This document shows positions 9,914 through 20,900 of a stretch of 63,348 nucleotides of DNA, in pieces (position 1 is the first letter of the stretch; every line of letters begins with the position of its first letter). Both the position numbers and the translations under genes were made by a program. A model generated the notes under the pieces. It did not search any database, was not told the DNA's origin, and saw nothing but the letters and a program-made list of their open reading frames with translations. Origin of the DNA: a virus (Duplodnaviria; Caudoviricetes); the IMG/VR virus record IMGVR_UViG_3300042905_000928, positions 1 to 63,348 of that record. The stretch is one strand, 5' to 3'.

Positions 9914-11965
9914 ATGGGTAAAGGCGGCGGAAGCCCAGCACCAGCACCAAGTTCACAAACGGTAACGCAGACATCGATACCTGAATACGCACGTCCCTAT
10001 GTGGAGAATATGCTTGGCAAGTCAGAAGCTCTGACAGACATTGGCGCCAATCCATATCAAGCCTACGGTGGTCAGCGAATTCAAGACTTTACGCCTATGC
10101 AACAACAGGCGTTTCAAGGTGTTGGCAATATGCAAGTTGCCCCAGAGATTGGTGCAGGCTCTAATCTAGCAGCCTTATCTGGTCTAGGATCAATCGGTGC
10201 TGGTGGTAACTACATGAGCATGGCTACTGATCCAAGATCAATACAGTCATTTATGTCCCCATACATGCAGAACGTGGTTGACATGCAAAAGCAAGAGGCT
10301 ACCCGTGACTATCAAAAAGGTTTGGGTGCATTAAATGCTCGTGCTGTAGGTTCTGGCGCTTTTGGTGGTACTCGTGCTGCTTTAGAGCGTTCCGAGGCTG
10401 GTCGTAACTTAGGTACACAGTTAGCTAACATTCAAGCTCAAGGCTCACAAAACGCTTTCCAGGCTGCTCAACAGGCACAGCAATATGGTGCTGGCTTAGG
10501 ATTACAAGGTATGGGTCAAGGCCTACAGGCTGCCTCTACGCTTGGCCAATTAGGTCAGACTGGATTCGGTCAAAGAATGGGTATCTTGGGAGAACAGCAG
10601 AAGGTTGGTGCAGTGCAACAAGCCCAAGGACAACAGGCTTTGGACTTGGGATACCAAGATTTTCTCAAGCAAAAGAACTACCCATATCAGCAATTGGCTT
10701 ACATGTCAGATATGCTCCGTGGCTTACCGTTATCTCAGTCAGCTCAACAAGTTTATACAGCTCCACCAAACGTAGCCTCACAGCTAGGTGGTCTAGGTAT
10801 GGCTGGCTTGGGTATCTATGGTATGTCTGGTGGATTTAAACCTGGTGGCATGGCTGAAGGTGGCTCTGTAAAGGGTTACAAAGATGGTGGCTCAATTGGC
10901 TATCTATCTGGCGGTGAAGTAGAAATGATGTCTACTGACCAACTAGAACAATTGTTAGCAAGCCCTAACCTTAATCCTCTAGAACTAGAGATGATTGAGA
11001 AGGCTTTGATGGCTCGCAGACGGATGGAAATGAATCCACAAGCTGGTGAGATGATGGCTCGTTCAGGTATCGGAGCTATATCAACGGGTGATATGGTTCC
11101 TGAGGAAATGGCTATGGCTGCCAATGGTGGCATCATTGCATTTTCCAAAGGCGGTAAGCCAGAAGGCTACGATGAGCGCAGAAAGAAACTTGAGTTGCAA
11201 CAAGACGAGTTTTTAAAAGCTATGCAAGATGACTCAGCTTTTGCAAAAACTAATGCTGCACAAGCAAAATACGATACAGACATAGCTTCCGCTGAGTCAA
11301 TGTTACCGTACCGTGCTATGGCTGCCGCTGGTTTTGCTGGCGCAAGAGGTGACGCTGACCCAGCAAGACGTAATTTCTTAAGCGGCTTAGGCACTATGGG
11401 AGAAGCAGGTTTAGGTGAATACAGCAAAGGTTTAGGCGAAATTGCCAGAGATAAGAAGACATCTCTACAGCAAGGTGTAGAGGCTGAAAAGACTAAGTAT
11501 GCCCGTAACGCTCAGTTGTACAGCGCATTGACTGGTACGATTGGTCAGATGGATACCAAAGAGCTAACAGCAGAATCCAATAGACTAAAGGCTGAAGGCA
11601 ATCTTCTTGCAAAGAATAAAGATGAGAGAGACAAGGCGCAAAACCGATACAACACATTGTTTGGTTCTATTCAAAGAGAGCTAAACAAAGCTGCAAGAAC
11701 TCCTACGGATCCTCGTTATAAGAAATACAAAGCTGACCCAGATTTAATTGATCAAGATGCTGAAAAAATGTCTATTGAGAAGCTATCTCCAGAGGCTAGA
11801 GAGTTGTTGGGTAAATCTGCTGATAATGTTAAACCAGTAGTAAAACCAGCTGCAAATACGGAAAATAAAGGTCCATTTGTAGTGACAGTTCCAGGTAAAG
11901 GAAGGTATACTTTCCCTACGCAAGAAGCGGCTGATGAATTCAAGAAACGAGCCAACTTGAGTTAA
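9914..11965 (+). CDS. internal virion / DNA pilot (ejection) protein
   Basis: MGKGGGS N-terminus, Gln/Gly/Ala-rich helical; SPYMQNVVD and GAFGGTR motifs. Confidence 0.65.
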   Translation: MGKGGGSPAPAPSSQTVTQTSIPEYARPYVENMLGKSEALTDIGANPYQAYGGQRIQDFTPMQQQAFQGVGNMQVAPEIGAGSNLAALSGLGSIGAGGNYMSMATDPRSIQSFMSPYMQNVVDMQKQEATRDYQKGLGALNARAVGSGAFGGTRAALERSEAGRNLGTQLANIQAQGSQNAFQAAQQAQQYGAGLGLQGMGQGLQAASTLGQLGQTGFGQRMGILGEQQKVGAVQQAQGQQALDLGYQDFLKQKNYPYQQLAYMSDMLRGLPLSQSAQQVYTAPPNVASQLGGLGMAGLGIYGMSGGFKPGGMAEGGSVKGYKDGGSIGYLSGGEVEMMSTDQLEQLLASPNLNPLELEMIEKALMARRRMEMNPQAGEMMARSGIGAISTGDMVPEEMAMAANGGIIAFSKGGKPEGYDERRKKLELQQDEFLKAMQDDSAFAKTNAAQAKYDTDIASAESMLPYRAMAAAGFAGARGDADPARRNFLSGLGTMGEAGLGEYSKGLGEIARDKKTSLQQGVEAEKTKYARNAQLYSALTGTIGQMDTKELTAESNRLKAEGNLLAKNKDERDKAQNRYNTLFGSIQRELNKAARTPTDPRYKKYKADPDLIDQDAEKMSIEKLSPEARELLGKSADNVKPVVKPAANTENKGPFVVTVPGKGRYTFPTQEAADEFKKRANLS

Positions 11966-11985
11966 CTTACAATTTAGGGTGGTAT

Positions 11986-14900
11986 ATGGATTACGACAAA
12001 TTAGCCAAACAACTTGGCGGTGAAGCTTATAGTCAACCAGACTTAGATGAGCTGGCCTCAGGACTTGGCGGTAAATTCCAGAAACCATCCTTTGGTCAGC
12101 AGTTATTAGAAGGCGAAGGCCTTGACATTGTTAAGCCAAAGAAAACTGGCAGTGTCCTAGAAGGTACAACCCTTACACCAGCAGAGCAAGCAGCTCCAGC
12201 CACAGGACCAAGCCTTGCAGAAGTCGCTGGTAAAATCAAAGAACGCATCCCTGAGGCTGAACTAAACGCCGCTAGAATTGCCGAGCTAGAAGAGAAGACT
12301 CGTCAGTACGAAGAAGAAGTTCCATTCCTACAAAGACAGACAGATCCAATCATGTCTGGTATTGCTCGTATCCCAGGTTATCTTCCTGGACTAGATGTTG
12401 CTAGTACGCAAAAAGAAATCAATAAGATTAGACAAGGGCAAAGTGGCGTAAGAGATCCAATTTCTGGCGAGATTATTCCTTTTTCTCCAGAAGAAGCTGA
12501 GAACGCTATTCGTATGTTGCAAGAGCGCCAAGCTGGATCTCAGAAGCAAGTGATGGAGTCTCAGGCAGAGGCAGGCAAATACAGAAAACGCCCGACAGTA
12601 GAAGCTATTGGTAACGTTAAAACAGCTAGAGAAGCCTTTGATGCCTTCCAAGTAGATCCTTTTGGGGTAATGGCAAGCGTATCCTTAGAGAGCCTTCCAA
12701 CTATGGTTCCTGCATTGGTGTTGGGTGCTGTAACTCGTAACCCAGCGGTGGGTGCATTGGCCATGGGTAGCACCAGCTTTGCTACAGAACTATCATCTGG
12801 CATCACAGAATACTTCCAAGACAAGGGCATTAATACTAATGACCCTGTAGCGGTTAATAAAGCATTAAACGACCCTGTTATGTTTGCCAAAGCATACGAA
12901 CATGCCCTAACCAGAGCCTCTATTATCGGCACGCTAGACATGGCATCAGCTGGTATAGCAAGTAAAATGCTTGTTCCAAAGAGTTTGGTTAAGAGTCAAG
13001 TAGCTAAAGAGGCTATTAACATTGGTGTAGCCCAGCCAGCAGCTCAGATGATCAGCGGTGGTGGTGGTGAAGCATTAGCTCAGATTGCCACAGAAGGATC
13101 TATTACTAAGCCTGGTCAAGTGTTTTTAGAAGCAGCTGGTGAAGGCCCAACAAGTATTCTTGAGACTGCTGCATTTGGTGGTGAAAAAGCAATACAAAGA
13201 TTAAAAGGTCAACAAGATCAAGGACCTGACACTCTAACAGATGTTAGAGTGCCGCCTACAGCTCCTGAAAGTATTGACCCTGAATTACAAGCCCGTGCAG
13301 CAATGAGATTTGAACAAATACTTCTTGACGCTCAAGCAACAAATAAAATTAACACGCGGGATTTAAATAAGCTGGCTAGAGAGTTAGACATTAAGCCTAG
13401 CAAAGATGTAAACGACACAAAGAACGCCATATACAACAAACTATTTATAACACCAGAAGCACCAGCTCCTGAGGTTTCCCCTAAAGTTGAGGCAGCACCA
13501 AGCCCAATAAAAGCTCCAGAGGTTGTAGAAGAGCCAAGCATACCAACAACTGTAAGAGCTTTTGATGAAGCTGAGTTTGCTGAAACTGCTGATCAACCGC
13601 AGGTTAAAGCAACCCAGCCAGAGATTGTTCAATCTTTCCCAATGGGAGAGAACTCTGAGTTCCGAGTCATTAAAAGCGACCAAGGTTACGTAGCAAACTT
13701 GTATGACAAAGATGCCGAACAATATTTAGATACGATGCGTTTGTTCCCAACGGAAACGTTTGGCGAAGAAGCTGAAGGTAGAGCAATTGAATTTGCAAGA
13801 TCAGAATCTGAAAAAGCAGCTGCCCTTTTGCCACAGGCTACTGAGGTATTAAAAGAAGAAGAAGTTAAGGCTGCACCAAAAGCTATTGAATTAACAAACA
13901 CAAAAGAAGGTTTTATTGCCAGCAAAGACGGCAAGCCTATTACTCTATATCACACCACTAGAGCTGTTGATGAGAATGGTAATCAAATAAAAGATTTAAT
14001 TCCTGGCGGTCCAAAAGGAGATGGAAGCGGTAAAGCAATTTGGTTTGGCATAGATCCTAATAAACTACAAGCTGCTCACAACGCCCCAGTTGGTAAAGAA
14101 GGTTCATACACTATCCCATCGTATGTAAAGTTAGAAAACCCACTTTATATTGATGATTTCAATTATCAAGAAATGAGAGACCGTTGGGGTCCAGATCTTC
14201 CATTTTCTATTTCTGATGAAAGAATTGAAAAATTAAAATCTGCTGGCTTCGATGGAATTATTTATGAAGATAACGGACAGATTGAAGAAGTAGTTGCTTT
14301 TAATAAAGATCAAGTTACTTTTAAATCTGATTACAAACCAGAAGCACCAGCAGCTGCCCCTGTCGAGCCAGTTAAGACACAAGCCCAGATTAACCAAGAA
14401 CGCCAAGCGGCACAGCGTGAGGCCGCCGCAGTTGCCAAGCCAAGTAAAGAAGAAGTAACCGAGAAGAAGATGCTTGATGCTATTGAAGGTATCAAGAAGA
14501 CTAAAGGCACAGCTAACCAGTTCATCGCTAAGTACGGCAAAGCCATGTTTGATCGTGCCAAGGCAGAGGGCTACATAGATAATGAAGCCAACGATCAGCG
14601 TCTATTCTCTACCCTAAAGCTAGACGAGCTATGGTCTAAATACAACAAGCCTGAAGACTACGCAGCAATGATAAAGCGTAGAGAGGCTGGTGAGAAAGAA
14701 AGACAAGCAGAACAGGCTAAGATTGCTGAAGAAGCCAAGCCAGCTGAAGCTCCAAGAGAAATGGACAAGTTGCAAAAAGACATGGGTACTGAGGCGTATC
14801 CATTTGCCAAGCCTGAGGTCAAAGTATCAGAGAACAAAATCTTTACTGAGGATGCTGCAACCAAGGCAAGAAACCGTTTACGCTCTAAGTTAAATCAACT

Positions 14901-17900
14901 CAACTCTGGTATCGATCCTGAGTTCTTAATTGATGGTATTACCTTATCTGGCTATCACATTGAGAAGGGTGCAAGAACCTTTGCAGCTTACTCTAAAGCC
15001 ATGATTGCTGACTTGGGCGATAAGGTTAAACCTTACCTCAAACAATGGTACAACGCTGTCCGTGATGATCCATCTGCCAAGGAATTGGTAGATGACATGG
15101 ATACATACGATCAAGTACAGAAAGCCTCTTTGCCTAGCGCAGAAGAAGGCACGATGGATTTGATGGACCCTGACTCTAAATTTAAGATTGCTCAAGCAAT
15201 ATCTCAACACTTTGTTTCTGGCAATGGTTTCCCAACAATCATTGAAGCTCGCAAGTTTATTTCTAATCTGACTGGTAAAAAGATTGAGCCAGCCACAGCT
15301 GATGCTAAGGAAGCAGATGAGGCTATTGAAGTCGGTATTGTATTGGCTGCTCGCAAGATTGTTGAAAGCGGTGAGAGTAAAGAGAATATTTACAATAATT
15401 TAGTTGACTTGTACAACCGTCAACCTAACTTAAGCGTTAGATCATCAACAAGCATCAAAGAACAGGCTTACTCAACCCCAGCTCCACTAGCATATATTGC
15501 ATCACAGTTGGCTGGTATTGATAAGAAAACAACAGTTTATGAGCCATCAGCTGGCAACGGCATGTTATTGATTGGTGCTAATCCTAAGAATGTTATTGCC
15601 AATGAACTGAACGCTACTCGTTATGAGATGCTAAAGAAGGTATTGCCAGATGCTGAAGTAGTAAACAAGAACGCATTAAGCTTTGATCCTACTCTAAGTG
15701 ATGTGGTTATCGCTAACCCACCATTTGGTGCTATTGGCGAAGAGGTTTTTTCAGCAGAAGGCTTTAAAACAAGAGAAATTGATCACGCCATTTCTTATAA
15801 AGCATTAGGCCGTATGCCAGTCAATGGCCGTGCAGTTCTTATCGTTGGCGGTGTCCGTGGTGAAACAGAAGATGCTAGAAGAGAAGGTTACCGTTCAGCA
15901 CAGAAACGTGCTTTTTACTCAAACCTATACAACAATTACAACGTAGTAGATCACTTTACCGTAGATGGTGACTTGTATAAAAAACAGGGTGCCGCTTACC
16001 CAGTAGATGTGATTGTTATTAACGGCAAAGGTCAGTCTAAAAGATCATACCCAGCTGCTGATTTACCACAAGTTTACAGCTCATACGAGCAACTAAAGGA
16101 GAAATTAAATGAACCTAGCTTGGTATCCAAAAGAGATGTTAGCACCGCCAGAGTTGACAGCGGTGATGCTGCCAAAGGGCGAGGTGAGCAACAAGGATTG
16201 GATCGAGGCACTGTCGGACAGGGTGTCAGACCTAGCGATGCAGGAGAACGATCCACTGAAAGCGGCACAACAGGCGTGCCTAGCACTGGAGCTGCCACTA
16301 GTGGACGAGGCGAACCAGCTGGGGAATTGCGTGGTGAAGGAGAACCTAAATCTGAGAACAAACCTAAGTTGCCAGAAGACAAAGGACCCGTTTCCAGCGA
16401 ACCTAAGCGAATCGAACCAAGAGGCGCTGCAAGCGATCAAGCAAACAAACCTAGCGCAGTGGGTGGAGCTGGCCAAGTCAGCGGTAAGCGTGTCGAGCCT
16501 GGATTAGCAGACCGCAGAGGTCAAGAGCAAGAAACGTCTACACAGGTAGCTTATTCTCCACACTCTAAGGCTTCAGCAGTAGGAACATTGGCTCCAAACG
16601 CAATGGCTCAAGCAATTGATGAGTCATTGACTTATTTGGAAGATCAAGTTGGTGATATTGATGAGTACGTTGCCAGCAAATTAGATTTTGATGTAGAAGA
16701 ATTAAAAATAAAGTTCTCAGCAGAACAGGTAGATGCTTTGGCATTAGCTATCAGCAATGCAGAACAGGGTAAGGGATTCATTATTGGTGACCAGACTGGT
16801 GTTGGTAAAGGCCGTGTGGTAGCTGGCATGATTAAGTACGCCTTGTTACAGGGTCAGATTCCAATCTTCATGACCCAAAAAGCAAACCTTTACTCAGACA
16901 TGATCCGTGACTTGGATGATATTGGCATGACTGATGTGTTGAATTTAAATTCAAACACACCAAATATTCTAATAACACAAGCTGATGAAAAAATTCCGTT
17001 TAAGTTATCTCGCCAAGATAAAAACGGCAATCCAATTGAAGAAAAGTACACATTAGAAAATCCTGTTAGCCAAGAAAAGCATAATGCTTTTATGAAACAG
17101 CTGGTTAAGGATAATGACTTAGGCAAGTTTAAGGTTATCTTCTCTGCATACGATTCAATGAATACGTATAGAGGAAATAAAACTGAACGTGCCAAGATGG
17201 TAGAGCATTTTGCCAATAACAACTATCTAATCCTAGACGAAAGCCATGCGGCTGGTGGTAGTGGCACAGATCCAGAAGCACAAAACCGTGCGAACTTTAT
17301 CAGAAGTTTAGTAAACAATTCTAAGGGTAGCTTCTTCTCATCTGCTACTTATGCCAAGCGCCCAGACGTAATGGATCTGTATTCAACTACAGACATGAAG
17401 TTAGCGGTAGAAGATATTTCAGAGTTGGGTGAAGCCATTAAACGAGGCGGCGTTCCAATGCAGCAAGTGGTAGCAAATATGCTAACCAAGTCTGGGCAAT
17501 ATATTCGCAGGGAAAGAACATTTGCTGGTGTTTCATACGAAACCAAAGAGAACAATGTAAACAAGCCTACCGCTGAAAACATGGCTACGGCTATGCGTTA
17601 TATCTTGGATTTCTCAAACAAGAAAAAAGGCGCTGTTAAAGAGCTTAAAAAAGAATTAGACGAGATGGGCGCGGTTGGTGGCGAGAGGGACTCTAAGACA
17701 GAAATAAAGCAAGTCCACTTTGGCTCAACAATGCACAATCTTATTGACCAAATGTTACTGTCTTTGAAAACTGCTGAGTCTGTTGACTTTGCTATTGAAA
17801 GATTAAAGGCTGGAGAAAAGGTAGTCTTGACCGTGGCTAACACCATGGGATCATTCATGAAAGATTTCGCAGAAGATAACGGCCTTAAAAAAGGTGATGA

Positions 17901-20900
17901 AATTAATCTGTCTTTCAGTGACCTGTTCCTAAGATATTTAGAAAAACAACGACAAATTACAATTAAGTTTCCTAACGGAGAGAAACAAAAGAGAAGACTA
18001 ACAGACGAAGAACTTGGCCCTACGTTAGTTGAGCTATACAACTCTATAGAAGACTATATTAAAAATGCTGGGTTTGGAGAGGCTCCTGTATCTCCAATTG
18101 ATTATATGCACAACGCATTGCGTCAAGCTGGATACAAGACAGATGAGATTACTGGTAGAGATCTAGTAATTGATTACGCAGGTGGCGCTCCAGTCCTTCA
18201 AGGCCGTAAAGCTGATATTGCACAACGAGTTAATGCGGTTGATGGATTTAATAATGGTGATACCGATGTCATCATTCTTAACCAGGCTGGGTCTACTGGC
18301 TTGTCATTGCACGCATCAAGTAAGTTTAAGAACCAGCAGAAGCGCCACATGATCATTGTTCAGCCTGAGAAGAACATTGATACGCATATGCAGATGCTTG
18401 GACGTGTGCATCGTACTGGTCAAATACTTGCCCCTTCTTACTCACAAATGATGGCTGACATCCCTGCTGAGATGAGACCAGCTGCTGTTTTGATGAAGAA
18501 GATGGCATCATTGAACGCCAACACAACTGCTTCCCGCAAGTCATCAGTGACGGCTGAAGGCGTAGTTGATTTTATGAATGACTACGGCGGTCAAGTAGTT
18601 CAGGAATATTTGCGTGACAATCCTGAAGTAAATGAGGCAACTGGCAAAAACGTTACTTTAAAAGAAGATTCAACTGAAGGAACAGTTGAGGATATTGCTA
18701 CGTTTACTGGTTATCTTCCAATCCTACCAATTGCCGAGCAAGAAGAGGTTTACAGGGATATTACTGAGCGTTACAACGAATTGCTGGAGCGTGAGAACAG
18801 CCTTGGAACAAACAAGCTTGAGGCCAAAGATGTAGACTTACAGGCAGAAACACTATCTGTACAGCCTATTACAGAAGATAAGGGTGGTCGATCTTTATTT
18901 GCTGCACCAGCAGTAATGGAAAAGGTTGAAGTTAACAGAACTGTTAAACCTTACTCTAGCGCAGAAGTTAAAGAGCAGGTTGAGAAGTCACTTGATGGTA
19001 AGTCAAGTTCAGATGTTGCAGTTGAACAAACAGCATCTTTACTTGAGCGTTTCCGTGATTTTGCCACTAAGCAGATTGACAAAGCTAAAGAGTCAAATGC
19101 TGATGAAGTCAAGATTCAATCATTAAAAGACAACTTGCGAACAATGCACAGCAAGATCAAGGTTATTTTGGACACCTATAAGATTGGTGACGAGATCTCC
19201 ATCAAAGACTCTGCTGGCATATACAACTACGCTGTAATCACTGACATTACAAACTCTAAGAAGACAGCTAATCCAGCAGCTGGTTCTGACTGGAAGATGC
19301 ACATAGCATTGGCTAACGGTGATGCCAAGGCATTAACCATCAGCTTCTCACAGATCAACACTACGTACACTCTAAGCAAAGAATACTATGTAGACTACTT
19401 CAACCCTGAAACCCAGCAGGCTGAACGAGTCAAAGTCATGGATATTTTTGACAAGGGTGCGACTGTTCGCCGTGAGAAGCGTTGGATGGTGACTGGCAAT
19501 ATCTTGGCTGGCTTTGCTAAATATCCTGGTCAGATCGTAACTTATACCAAGAAGGATGGCTCAGTTGGTCAAGGCGTATTGATGAGCCGTCAGTTTGACT
19601 TTGAGAAAACTCAGAGAGAAGCACCAGTTCGCATTAAGTCAGCTGGCCAAGCTATGCGCTTCTTTGAAGAGATTGGTGGCGTTATTAGTACAGATGATAA
19701 CAATATGCGTATTGAGAAGTCAGGCCGATCTTATTATTTTGTTGCGCCAAAACCTAAACGCCAAGGTTTTATGTACTATGGTGATGAGAACTTAACTAAC
19801 TTTACTGGCACTTTCTATGGCTCTGGTGGAACCATGAGAGCTGTTGTATCAGATGAAGCAAAAGTTGAGCAGGCGATACAGTATTTAATTGATACAAATA
19901 AGAAACTGTTTGTTAAGACTGGTGTTGAAAAAGCCAGAGCAATGTTTAACCCACCTAAGTTGGAGAACATTGAAGAGAAGAAACTTACCGACATGGCTGT
20001 CCAAGATCGTATAGACACCATTAAAGAGTATTCTAAAGTTCGCAAAGCTGGTCGCAGATTAGTTAAGCAAATTGCTAAGTATGGCACTGACATTCCTATG
20101 CAACGCCAACTTAACGAAGTGCTTGCTCAGGAAGAAAACCTAAAGAACTACATTGACCAAACCAAAGTTCCATCTATAACAGCTGAAGCCTTTATGGCTA
20201 GAGCTACTGAAGAGTTGGCTGCTGGCAACATCACGCCAGAGGTTGAAAGATTCATTCGTTCTGTCTATGAGCAGTATCCAAGCATCTTAAATGGCCTCAA
20301 GCTATCTGTTCGTGCTAAAGAAGGCAAAGGAAGCGCTACTGGTAACTTTGATCCAATTGAACGTCTTGTAACCTTGTGGAAGGGTACATCTGGCGTAACC
20401 AAGTCTAAGACTGCTCGCCATGAGTTAACTCATACCATGGAGCAGATGATGCCTCCAGAGGCAAGAAAAGCTGTTATAGGTGCTTGGGCTAAATCTTTAG
20501 AAGCTGCCATGAAGAAGTATAAGGATGCACAAAGCCAAAAGTATTTTGAACAAGTACTAAAGTTTTTAGAAAATCCAACAGAAGAAACAGCTAAAGATGC
20601 TACAAACGTAATGCCTGACTACAGCTTCTACCAGTATCTCAACCCATCTGAATACTGGGCTGTAAACGCTGAGAAGATGTTCGGTCAACAATTAGGTGGA
20701 GCTTGGACTCGTTTTGTCAAGGCGATGGAGAAGATGTTTGAAGCATTAAAGGCCATGTTCTTTATGAACAATAAGTTGGCTGTTCATAGAGCATTTGATC
20801 AAATAATCAAGAAGCAACCTACCAGAGAAACTAGAGATTCATTGATGGAGTATCTGGCAGGCGCCAAAATTCCGACTCGTTTTCTCAATCAGATTGAAGA

